Source: Hypanus sabinus | Taxonomy: Eukaryota | Assembly: GCF_030144855.1 (NCBI RefSeq) | Contig: NC_082716.1 | Coordinates: 67,022,001-67,086,000 of the forward strand | Reading direction: 5' to 3' | DNA length: 64,000 bases | Shown: positions 52,605-64,000 of the stretch, in pieces | Numbering within the stretch: position 1 is the first letter of the stretch | How the letters are laid out: each line of letters begins with the position of its first letter | Position numbers and translations under genes: made by a program | The notes under the pieces: generated by a model | What the model saw: the letters and a program-made list of their open reading frames with translations, nothing else | Told to the model about the DNA's origin: nothing | Databases searched by the model: none

Positions 52605-53715
52605 AACAAGAGATTCTGTGGATGCTGGAAATTCAGAGCAACATATACAAAATGCTGGAGGAACTTAGCAGGTCAGGCAGCATCTATAGAAATGAATAAA
52701 CAGGCAACATTTTGGACCAAGACCCTTAATCAGGACTGAAACAGAAGGGGGAAAATGCTAGAATAAGAATATTGGCAGAAGAGGAGGCCATGGATTGACA
52801 TGTCAGAACAGGAATAGGGATCAAAATTAAAATGTTTGGCCACTGGGAAATCCTGTTTTTTGCATTTTGAGCAGAGGTGCTTGACAAAGCAGTCCCCCGT
52901 CTACATTGCATTTCACCAATGTAGAGGAGACTGCATTGGAAGCACTGGATAGATGATCCCAACAGATTCACAGGTGGAGCATTGCCTCAGCTGGAAGGAT
53001 TGTTTGGGGCCCTGAACAGAGGTGAGGGAGGAGGTGAATGGCAGTTGTAGCACTTCAGCCTCTTGCAGAGGTAAGTGCAGGAGGGAGATAAGTGGAGAAG
53101 GATGAATGGACAAGGGAATCCCCTTGGAAAGCTGAGAGTGGGGAGGAGGTAAAGATGTGTTTGATGTTAGGGTCCTGTTGAAGATGGCGGGAGTTGGGGA
53201 GAATGATGGGCTAGATGTGGAGGCTCATGGGGTGGTAGGTGAGGACAAGAGGAATTCTATTCCTGTTAAGATGGCAGAAAGATGGAGTGAGCATGGAAGT
53301 CCAGGAAATGGATGAGATGCCAGTGAGTATCAATAGGAGGGATAGTCTTCGATGAAGGAGGACATGTCTGATGTCCTGGAAAAGAAATCCTCATCCTGGG
53401 AACAGGTGGGATCAGAAAGGAACTGAGGAAAAAGGAATGGAATTTTTTACAGGATACAGCTTGGTAAGAAGTATAGTCAAGATAGCCATGGAAACGGTAG
53501 GTTTATAAAAGATATTGGTAGACAGTTTGACTCCAGAAATGGCAACAGAGAGACTGAGAAAGGGGAGAGAGGTGTCAGTAATGGACCAAGTGAATTTAAG
53601 GGCAGAGTGGAAATTGGAGGCATAGTTGATGAATGCATGAATTGTCAATGTAGCCCAGAAGGAGTTGGGGAGCATTACCAGGGAGGGCTTGGAACATGGA
53701 CTGTTCCACGTAGCC
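52605..53715 (-). mobile_element. Penelope-like element remnant (RT C-terminus, GIY-YIG and terminal repeat)
   Basis: FINYASNFHSALKFTWSITDTSLPFLSLSV...TNIFYKPT (RT) and CSLLYIGE (YIG motif); terminal repeat at 52605-52740. Confidence 0.82.
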
Positions 53716-54424
53716 AATTTAGATGAGTTCCAATTTATTTTCTATTTCTCTCCTGTAGTGTTTATTAACTAATCATCTCTTCTACTTATACCTTCTCTAA
53801 TTTTTGCCTTCTTACTGTGTCCATGCTTGTTTCTTTTCATGGTCACTAGTTTTGATGACTCTTTAATTCCAGTCATTAGTTTTTTTTATAATCACTGTCT
53901 TCCCTCCAATTGATTTCAATATCTGCATTCTTCATGATTAATAGTTATTGCTCTGTCCTGATAGATTAAAGGAGGCCATTTCTCCAGGTGGAAAGAAGAA
54001 CCATTTTGTCACGTTTGCCTTATCACAAGAGGTGGGGTTATTATTATAAAGCAGACCATGGCAGAGAAGCAGAAACGTCTGGCATATTTTTTTTATCTAG
54101 CACCAATTCACCTTTACTTTTCTTTGCAGGTTACAGGAGCCCACGATTAGTGCGAATCCCACTGCTCCGCAATTTGGACAGCAAAGCTACTTCTACATCA
54201 TTTACGAATACCAGTTCAAAGTGACAGCTGCTGATAATAATCTCCAGTTCCTGTTTGCTTTTCACTTCTGTCTGTCGTACACTTGCCTTTTGTTTCAAAC
54301 ACTTCTGTCGTGTCTCATTCCTGAACTGCAAGGAATAAATTTCTAGGGTTAAAACATACAGTCTTAAAACACTCTTGTACAAATTCTTAGCACTGAAATT
54401 TTGCAGGATGTTGCCTGTTCTACT

Positions 54425-54971
54425 TTTAATCTTCAGGTTCTGTCGGCTGCGTAAGTCCAGGGAAGACAATCTCTGGTCCCGCTAAACGTATGAGATTGAG
54501 TGCAAAACCTCCCGTTTGTGTGGATGCTGCGTGATGTGTTCTCCTGTTACAAATCAGTACCATGAAATAACAGACTGTACACCATATACAATTAAACAAT
54601 TGAGCTTTATAATTCCTAATTTGACTAAAGGGTTAGTAAAGAAAAAAAGAAAAGGGCCCGTTTTAATGAAACAGTGTAATGTGCACAAGTAGGAGCTCAC
54701 GGTTTCCCTTTTGCCAATCCTCCATCGATTTCCCTGGGCTTCGTCGACTCCTGGCTCCACTCCAAGTCCACTCCTTTCTAGTGTCTTCTTCTCTCAACCT
54801 CTTACCAAACAAAAGACCCAGATCACCTCGGTGTCAGGCACACAGCACGAAAACACACTCCCTCATTGGACGCTCACATTTCAAAGCACCCGTTATCTCT
54901 GGCCATAACCCAAACACGGCTTTACAGAAAGACCATTACATTAGCAGTGAAAGCTTTCCCAGAGTGTTACA
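54425..54971 (-). mobile_element. Probable solo LTR
   Basis: Minus strand starts TGTAACACTCTGGG; about 550 bp, non-coding, CpG-richer than flanks; target-site duplication not resolved. Confidence 0.5.
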
Positions 54972-55319
54972 TCCTATTCTCTTGCAATGCTTGTTGAGTG
55001 ATCAGAATCTGGTTGATAGAAGGCAGTTCAATTCCACTAAAGGGCTACAGATAGTTCTCGGATATTAAGCAGTTCTGAGTCTTGCAGCCTTAAAACAGTA
55101 TGGTATATCCATGAACTGCTGCATTCTAGGCTGGCTGACTGAAAGCAACAACAAATACACGGGCAATTGGACAAACAGATTGAGTAGGTATTGAAGGATC
55201 TTAAGGCCAGAATGCTGGTTTGAATGAGTGTTAATCGGGGTGTGGAGGTAGTGGTGGAGTATCAGATAGGGAAGATAGAAAGGACCAAGCACGAGGACAT
55301 GCTGATGGAAACTTCTAGG

Positions 55320-56475
55320 CCAACATTGTTCACTAACAGACAGACAATTGTGTAACTTATGACAACGACAGAGCAGTTGATATCATTTACTTGGACTTTT
55401 GGATTTCTTTTGACAAGGTACCTCACAAGACGTTAATAATCAGGGATTCAGGGTAAGGTGTGTGAATGGGTGCAAAAACAGAAAACAATGAGTTATGGTG
55501 AGAGGGTCATTTTCACAATTAGAAGATGTTAAAAGTGGGGTTCTGCAGGGATTGCTGCTGTTTTTAATTTACATTAATGGTTTGGATAAGCACATAACAA
55601 GTAAACTAGTAAAGTTTGCCGATGACACAAAATTAAGGGGTGGGCTGATAACATTCAGGCAGCAGAATCAATACAGTGAGATCTAAACAAAATCTGGAAG
55701 TCGTCAGATAAATGGCAGAAAAAAATTTAATATAAGAAAATGTAAAGTATTACATAGAGGAAGTAGAAATATTAGATATAATATTAGATACCATGGGAGA
55801 TCTTGAGTTAGAAAGTGCACTGTATGAGAAGGATTTGGGTGTCCTGGTAGACTCCTCACTATCAATGTCTAGACACTGCAAAGAAGAGGTTAGGAAGGCT
55901 AATAGAATATTGGGCTATATAATGCACTCAGTGGAGTTCAAGTCTAGAGACATCCTCTGTAATGCTGTGTAATGCACTTGTGAGGCCACACCTTGAGTAC
56001 TGCATTCAATTTTGGTCTCCATATTGTGTGGGGGATGTGAGGCACTGAAGACAGCCCAGAGAAGGGCAACTAGACTCATTCCAGGTCTGCAGGTATGAGC
56101 AATGTAGAAAGATTGAAAGAATTAAATCTTTTTAGCCTAAGTAGACGTAGGATGAGAGGAGACGTGATAGAAGTGTTCAGAATTGTTAAGAGTGGATGCC
56201 AGCTACTACTTCAAAATTAATCCATCAACAAGGACTCGGGGCCATAGGTGGAGCCTGGTTAACGGGAAATAGACTAACGTCAGGAAGCATTTCCTTACAC
56301 AGGGAGCTGTGGACACATGAAACAAACTGTCTAGTTGTGGAGTTGAGAGAAGTACCTTAGAGACTCCCAAATCTAAACTTGACAGTATTTTCAACACACT
56401 GTGTTAATAGGAATTTGACAAGCTTTGTTGGGCCAAATGATCTGTTCTTGTCAAAAACTTTCTAATATTCTAATT
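55320..56475 (+). mobile_element. Decayed CR1 LINE (distinct subfamily)
   Basis: VKSGVLQGLLLFLIYIN, LVKFADDTKL and VRPHLEYC motifs. Confidence 0.82.
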
Positions 56476-59400
56476 AAATTTCAAGGCAATAATATTAGGT
56501 ATGCTAAACCACACTCTTGCACAAAGCAAGGCTATTCATACTAATTTACTTTGTTCGTATTGACGATAAGCAGCGATGTACAAAAACATTTCACCTCTTC
56601 CTCTGTTTCCCATTCTGGCCTCTTGCCTCTTCTCACCTGTTTATCACCTCCTTTTCAGTTCTGAAGAAGGGTCTCAGCCCAAAAAGTCAACTGTTTATTC
56701 ATTTCCATAGATGCTACCTGACCTCCTGAGCATTTTGTGTGTGGGTTGCTTTGGATTTCCAGCATCTGCAGACTTCCTTGTGTTTATGTAGTTAGTAATC
56801 CGGTTTTAGTTAGTTCCAGAATTTGCTTCTTGGGATTGATGGCAATCTAATTAACCTCTTTTAGTGAAAGTACTTCCCCAGTGCTGAAGATGTTCCAAGA
56901 TTTAGATATGGTGTTGATAAAAGAATGACATATTCCCAGGCCAGGTTACTGTGTTCCTGTGCGTCTGAAACCCTTGTTGTTCATTGTGATAGAGATCACA
57001 TATTTGGGAGATGCTACTGGAATATGACTGTAGTACATTGTGTAGAGGCTGCACGTGCAAACACTGTGCAGGCAATGAATATTCAGGGTGGTGGATAGAA
57101 CACCAATCAAGAGGGCAACTTTATCCTGGATCGAGTCAAGCCTCCTCAGTTTTGTAGTAGCAGTCATGTGGACAACTTTATCCTGGACATGGTCAAACCT
57201 CCTCAGAGTTGTAGGATCCAGGCAGGTTGGGAGAATTCCATCACACTCCTGCCTTGTGCCATGCAAATGGCAGAAAGATTTCAGGATGCCAGCATATGAA
57301 TCACTTGCCACTAGATACTTAAATTTTGGTGGCCACAAAATTTATGTGGTGGGATTAGTTGAGCTTCTGATCCCTGGTGATCCCCAGGATAGAGATACAT
57401 GGGATGTCTCAGCAGTGTCAATGCCATTGAATGTCAAGGATAGTTGGTTAGGAGCAACACACACAAAATGCTGGAGGAACTCAACAAGTCTAGCAGCGTC
57501 TGTGGAGGGGAATAAATAGTCGATGTACAGGCTGCTGTCCTTCATCAAAATTGGAGAGGAAAAGGAAAAAAGCCAGAAGCGTGTGTTTATGAAAGTAGTT
57601 AGCTCCTGTCTCATTGGGCTCCCTCATGCCTGAGTGTTCTCTAGGTCTTGCTGCATGTAGCATAGGCTGCTTCGCTTGCTGAAGAGTTGCAAGTGTGAAT
57701 GAATGTCCGACAATGCATCAGTGAACATTAGCACCTCTGGTTTTGTAATTAAAGGAAGGTGATAGGTGAAGCAGTGAAAGATGATTCAGGCTGGGAGACT
57801 CCCTTGAGGAACTGCTGCAGGAATGTGAAGCAATTAATGAAAGTCAGATCATCTGCATTTAATAGCCTTTACCACCTTTATTGTCATGATTCAGTGCTTT
57901 TGTCCTCTCCTTCGCAGCAATTTAAAACATGCTAGTTTTCTAACACTTTCTAGTTCTAATGAAAGGTTATCAACCTGAGACATTAATTGTGTTTCTCTCT
58001 CCAGTCTGAATTGCTTAGTATTTACAGTGTTTTTGACTTTTATTTCAGAGCTCAAAAGCTGCTCTCGTTTATATTTCAGATCAATGAAAATTGATGGCAA
58101 ACAGCCAGGGATGACAAAAAGCCTTCTATTGATTTGGAGGATTGTGTAACAGAGTACAACATTTAGTCAATGCGTCATTTCCTGGTTATCAGCTACAGAC
58201 TGATTCCCTGAAGAACTGCAATAATTGTGTCATGGTTATTAATCCTACTATTAAAGTGATCAGGCGCCAAGGACACACAGCTCATAGACAGCTGATGCTC
58301 ATATCAATAAATAAAATTGCCAAAATTTGTGGGAAATAGTATAATCATAAAGTAGCACCAAGCATTGTCTGTAATTTCAAAGCTCTAAACTGTACACAGG
58401 TTCAGATTCTGTACTTATTTACTATATTTTCACAAATCTAAATTTAGATATTTAATCAAAATACATATTGTTTTGAATAGTGTTTGTAGGAGTACATTGC
58501 AATATGAGAAGCAAGAATTCACTATAATAATGATAATGAATCTACTGGCAAGTGCCATCACTGCTCTGTAAAACTAAATGCAACTTCAGAATTTTTGCAA
58601 ATACAAATCTTAACACAAAGATCAAAGTTGTCACTGATAGTGTCCCCACACAGTCTGCACTGTTCAAATATTTGGGAAATAGATTGAATGGGAGTAAATT
58701 TAACATATTTACTAGGTAATTGGACATTAGTAGTGCACAAACTTATTTACATCACATATAATCAGGGATGAGAGTTTACAATAATTACTTTTTAGCAAAT
58801 TATTTGGACCTGAAAAATTATTTTATACGTGTTTATTTTCCTTGCCTGAACATAGGGTCTTTAGAAATGATCTTCAAAAGGTTTTACATTTCATTTAATC
58901 AGTAAATTTAAATGCTTATAAATGTTTATAAAATCAATAAAACTGCTTCGAGATACACAGTTTGAGCCTTAGTTAATGTGACCGGCTTCTCAGCTGGATT
59001 AGTAACATGGCATTTGTTGATTGCTGGAGAACTCAGAGCTGATTTCTTACCGTATAACCATATAACAATTACAGCACGGACCATCTTGGCCCTTCTATTC
59101 CGTGCTGAACGCTTACTCTCACTCTTACCGCAGCTCAGATTCAGATTAATTCATCACATGTGCAGTACATTGAAACGTACAGTGAGATGTATTGTATCTA
59201 TTGAACCAATACGTCCGAGGATGTGTTGGGGGCAGCCTGCGAGTACCACCGCACATTCCAGCTTCAACAAAGCATCCTCACAATGTCCAGCAGCACAACA
59301 CAGGACAGAACAGATCAGAACATGCCAAGAGAAAAGCAACAACAGCAAAACAAGCCTCGTCCCCCCGTCCCCCCCCACCTCCCGCTCAAATGCACAGTCC

Positions 59401-60490
59401 TCTAACCCCAGAACAAGCCATCTCCTTCAGCCTCCAGCAGACATTGTGCCTATTGTTTCAGCCTGCTCTTGCCTCACTGAATTTATTTCTTAAAGTTCTG
59501 GTAAACAGTCCTCTCTTGTCATTTTCCACTATCGTGCTTATAGCCTGTTTGCACCCTTTTTGCACATACTGGCAATCAGCGTGAAAGCACTAATTATGTC
59601 AATGAGATCAACTGATCTGCCTTAACCCATCTCCAAACAGTCTTTTATCCAAGACTTTACTCCTCTGCTCAGCTCTGCTTTGAAAACCCGAAACCTTTCA
59701 TTCCTCCCTCAGTTCGGGAAGGTTACCCACTTGAAATATAACTGCTTCCTCTTTTCACCGATTCTGCCTACTTGGCTGAGTTCTTCCAGAATTTCTGTTT
59801 TATGGAGGTAGTTATGATAATGTAGTGAGGGGCAAGAAGATATTGTGCTAGAACTGCTTTCAGATTGCCCGACATTGTTCTCAGCAGGGAGTATCCCACA
59901 TCTGCTTTAACCACACGCTTGTTATTTGGTAAACTGCTTCTGCTACTGTGAGAGATGTGTACTTCTTCTACTAAAGGCAAGAGTAAATGTGGACCTGCAG
60001 GGGTCTGCACTCTCATCCATATAGAGAGTAGGGGCCTTGGTCCACACTGTTATAAGGCCATTTGTCTAATTTTGTCTTGTCAGGTCTTGTTTTCAATGGT
60101 ATCTAAGTTTCAAAGTATAAAGCTTGTCCTTTGATACAGGTTGGAGGGTCCATACAGGTTTTCTCAGGTTTTGTTAAATAGATATTGCTGCATTTAAAAA
60201 ATTAAAAAAAAAGATGTTATTATCTGGTTAGCTTTTTCTGGCTTATTCTGTTTCTTTTCTTGTGCCAAAAATATCTGGCAGCCTCTAATACTTTGTTTCA
60301 GTAATTCTTGGCTCCAGTGATATTTTAGTGGCCTTCAGTGTTAATTCTAATTACAGTACGGAAAACTTCCAAACAAATTAAGCTCCCCACTGAGGAAGAT
60401 ACTTGTTATTGCCAGGACATTTTTATGCCTGAAACAATATAAATTAGATTAAGTATATTTTATTTCTTATTTTATTTCTTAGATTAAGTA

Positions 60491-62094
60491 CAAACCCCAT
60501 TTCCAGAAAAGTTGGGATTTTTATCAAAATGCAATATAAACAAAAATCTGTGATATGTTAATTCACGCGAACCTTTATTTAACCGACAAAGTTACAAAGC
60601 AAAGATTTTCAATAGTTTTACTAACCAACTTAATTGTATTTTGTAAATATACACTAATTTAGAATTTGATGGCTGCAACACACTCAACAAAAGTTGGGAC
60701 AGAGGCACATTTACCATTGTGTTACATCACCTTTCCTTTTAATAACACTTTTTAATCATTTTGGAACTGAGGATACTAATTGTAGTAGATTTGCAATTGG
60801 AAATTTTGTCAATTCTTGCTTGATATAAGACTTCAGCTGCTCAACAGTCTGTGGTCTCCGTTGTCTGATTCTCCTCTTCATGATGCGCCATACATTTTCA
60901 ATAGGAGACAGATCTGGACTGGCAGCAGGCCAGTCAAGCACACACACTCTGTGTCTACAAAGCCACGCTGTTGTAGCCCATGCAGAATGTGGTCTGGCAT
61001 TGTCCTGCTGAAATAAGCATGGACGTCCCGGGAAGAGACGTCGCCTTGATGGCAACATATGTCTCTCTAAAATCCTAATATACGCCTCAGAGTCAATGGT
61101 ACCTTCACATACATGCAACTCACCCATGCCGTGGGCACTGATGCACCCCCATACCATCACAGATGCTGGCTTTTGCATCTTTTGCTGATAACAATCAGGA
61201 TGGTCGTTTTCATCTTTGGCATGGAGAACTTGACACCCATTTTTTCCGAAAACTAGCTGAAATGTGGACTCATCTGACCACAGCACACGGTTCCACAGTC
61301 TTTCTGTCCATCTGTGATGAGCTCGGGCCCAGAGAACTCGCCGGCATTTCTGCATAGAGTTGATGTATGGCTTCCTCCTTGCGTAATAAAGTTTCAAGTT
61401 GCATTTCTGGATGCAGCAACGGACTGTGTTAAGTGACAATGGTTTTCCGAAGTACTCCCGAGCCTGGTTGGCTATAATTGACACAGTAGCATGACAGTTT
61501 CTTAGGCAATGCCGCCTGAGGGCTCGAAGATCACGTACATTCAACAGTGGTTTCCAACCTTGTCCTTTACGCACTGAGATGTCTCTGAATTCTCTGAATC
61601 TTTTCACAATATTATGTACTGTAGATGTTGAAAGACCTAAATTCTCTGCAATCTTGCATTGGGAAATGTTCCTTTTGAACTGACTAACAATTCTCTCATG
61701 AATTTTGGCACAAAGGGGTGAGCCACGACCCATCCTTGCTTGCAAAGACTGAGCCTTTGATGGACACTACTTTTATACCCTGTCATGATACCTCACCTGC
61801 TACCAATTAGCCTGCTTAATGTGGAGTCTTCAAAACCGGTGTTACTTGAATATTCTGTGCACTTTTCAATCTTATTTTAACTCTGTCCCAACTTCTGTTG
61901 AGTGTGTTGCAGCCATCAAATTCTAAATTTGAGTATATTTACAAAATACAATTAAGTTGGTCAGTAAAATTATTGAAAATCTTTTCTTTGTACTTTTGTC
62001 AGTTAAATAAAGGTGCACATGAATTAACATATTGCAGATTTTTGTTTTTATTGCATTTTGGAAAATATCCCAACTTTTCTGGAAATGGGGTTTG
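60491..62094 (-). mobile_element. Full-length Tc1-family (DD34E, IR/DR-type) DNA transposon
   Basis: 214-bp TIRs at 60491-60704 and 61881-62094 (about 18 mismatches by eye), each with outer and inner AAAAGTTGGGA-type repeats; TA on both flanks; internal transposase ORF. Confidence 0.96.
60711..61745 (-). pseudogene. Tc1 transposase; 329-aa ORF cut by a premature TGA, 14 further codons precede the original stop
   Basis: Paired-like HTH N-terminus; WSDES, QQDNA and SPDLSPIE motifs with 34 residues between D and E. After VSSVPK-TGA the frame continues LKSVIKRKGDVTQW-TAA (60711). Confidence 0.92.
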
Positions 62095-62149
62095 TATATT
62101 TTGTTTCTTATAATAAAATATAGAATTTTAAAAAGCCACGTAACAAGCA

Positions 62150-62860
62150 TGTGGTTTGAAAGGTCAAGCCTGATGGCAGAGTACAAAGTTAGCAGTGGGA
62201 TTCTTAGCAGTGTGGAGGAACAGAGAGACATTGGGTCCAAATCCATAGACTCCTCAAAGTTGCCATGCAAGTTATAGGATGGTTAAGGATGACGTATGAT
62301 GTGTCAGTCTTTGTTAGTTGAGGGACTGAGATCAAGAGTAGTGAGGTAATGTTTCAACTCTATAAGTCTCTAGACCACTCTTGCAGCATGACCTTTCAAA
62401 CCATATGCTTGTTACATGGCCTCTTGGTGAATCTCCTAGGGTTCTGGGCACCTCTCTATAGGAAGGATGTGGCAGTCTTAGGAGATTCACCAAGATGCTC
62501 CCTGGATTAAAGAACATGTCTTATGAGAAGTTGAGTAATCTAAGGATTTTCTCTTTGGAGTGAAGGAGAACGAGAGGTGATTTGATAGAGGTGTATAAGA
62601 TGATAGGAGGAAGAGAGTGGACAGTCAGCACCTGTCTCCTAGGGTGGCGATGCTAATATGAAAGACACACTTTAAAGGTGCATGAAACACATTGTCAAGG
62701 GTGGTGGTATATTAGAGACATTTAAGAGCCTCTTTGAGAGGTACACAAACGAAAGAAAAATGGAGGGCTGTGTGGGAGGGAAAGGTTAGATTGTTCGTGG
62801 AGCAGGTTAAAACATTGTGGGCCAAAGGGCCTATACTATGTTGTACTATTCTATCTTCTA
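62150..62860 (+). mobile_element. Decayed CR1 3' fragment containing a templated inverted insertion
   Basis: Colinear with the CR1 ORF2 C-terminus; 62389-62438 consists of inverted copies of neighbouring sequence. Confidence 0.7.
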
Positions 62861-63430
62861 AATACCACCTATTGTCTCCTATTGCACAGACTGCAAATTA
62901 CCCACGTATATATTTTCTAGAATTTTCCACTGTGGAGTAGTATCCAACAACTTCTGTTCCCCAGACAGCCACAAAGGATTATTCCAGGGTTTATTCTAAT
63001 TGAGATAAGCTAATTTTGTGTAAATTAATCCTAAAATCTTCCTAATTCAGAGTAACTACCTGAAAAGTATATTTTCCACTATACTTTTGAATCCATAAAA
63101 ACTGCTTATTTCCTGCATTGGAGGAATGTTTACATATAGTAGAGATAATATTCAGAAAGGAGTTACATCATATTGATAGTTACTTTAAATTGATTATATA
63201 TGATTACATCCTATAATGTGGAATCTCTTATGCAAAGTAGAGATTATTAAATAGAAGAGAGTATATACAGTGTATTGTTGTCCTGCAAACAGAAGTACTT
63301 ACCAATTCCTAGTTCCGAGAGAGCCTCATTGATCTTGCATTGGTCCTTTCAGGGAAAATGTGATGTTGAAAGGAAAATTAACTGAGAAAAAAAACTTTAA
63401 AAATAATACTAAGTTTTATTTTACATGGGC

Positions 63431-63893
63431 AATGTTACCTGGGTTTCAGCACCTAAGTTACAGGGAAAGGTTGAACAAGTTAGGTCTTTATTCTTTGGAG
63501 CGCAGAAGGTTGAGGGGGGACTTGATAGAGGTATTTAAAATTATGAGGGGGATAGATAAGAGTTGATGTGGATAGGCTTTTTCCATTGAGAGTAGGGGAG
63601 ATTCAAACAAGAGGACATGAGTTGAGAGTTGGGGGGAAAAGTTTAGGGGTAACACGAGGGGGTATTTCTTTACTCAGAGAGTGGTAGTTGTGTGGAACGA
63701 GCTTCCAGTAGAAGTGGTAGAGGCAGGTTTGGTATTGTCATTTAAAGTAAAATTGGATAGGTATATGGACAGGAAAGGAATGGAGGGTTATGGGCTAAGT
63801 GCAGGCCAGTGGGATGAGGTGAGAGTAAGCGTTTGGCACAGACTAGAAGGGCCAAGATGGCCTGTTTCCATGCTGTAATTGTTATATGGTTAT
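63431..63893 (+). mobile_element. Young CR1 3' fragment
   Basis: Near-identical to 50103-50535, including the tail TGTAATTGTTATATGGTTATAT. Confidence 0.9.
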
Positions 63894-64000
63894 ATAAAAT
63901 TTTTAAACATGCACAACATAACCTGATTTAGCAACAATGTTTTATTTTGAGGAGTAATTTGTGAGCACATTTGAAACATACAAGAGCAGAACTTTCTCTC

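Noticed and set aside
58090-58380. Unique motif-rich non-coding blocks as conserved enhancers (also about 22720-22830 and 34540-34920)
   Set aside because: Cannot be supported without a cross-species alignment.
60756-60758. In-frame TGA as selenocysteine or programmed read-through
   Set aside because: More simply a CGA>TGA deamination, given the many parallel CpG-type changes; no SECIS recognised.
46000-64000. Expected syntenic neighbour CYB5RL
   Set aside because: No exon resembling CYB5RL was recognised; it may lie beyond the window, so gene loss cannot be claimed.

Overview
Vertebrate genomic DNA, AT-rich and dense in repeats. The repeat landscape (CR1, Rex1/Babar-like and Penelope elements) suggests a cartilaginous fish, probably a ray; this is an inference. 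The window holds the conserved vertebrate block TMEM59 (-; coding exon 1 only, the rest presumably left of the window), TCEANC2 (+; 4 coding exons, 205 aa) and CDCP2 (-; 6 coding exons, 539 aa: signal peptide, 3 CUB domains, a ZP-N-like domain and a C-terminal hydrophobic anchor). TMEM59 and TCEANC2 share a compact CpG-island bidirectional promoter. The rest is mostly nested transposons: several CR1 LINEs (one near full length), Rex1/Babar-like LINE 3' ends with microsatellite tails, Penelope remnants and fold-back termini with decayed hammerhead-like cores, two inverted Chapaev3 deletion derivatives, a Tigger remnant, tRNA-derived SINEs, solo LTRs, a miniature Gypsy/Sushi-like LTR element and a full-length DD34E Tc1 transposon with one premature stop. 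A 152-N assembly gap lies just past the CDCP2 stop. I see no convincing wholly new biological system. The best leads are the near-intact Tc1, the mini-LTR element, the Penelope hammerhead-like hairpins, and CDCP2 splicing and anchor features. Exon boundaries were read base by base; most repeat boundaries are approximate. Family assignments come from recalled motifs, not database searches.
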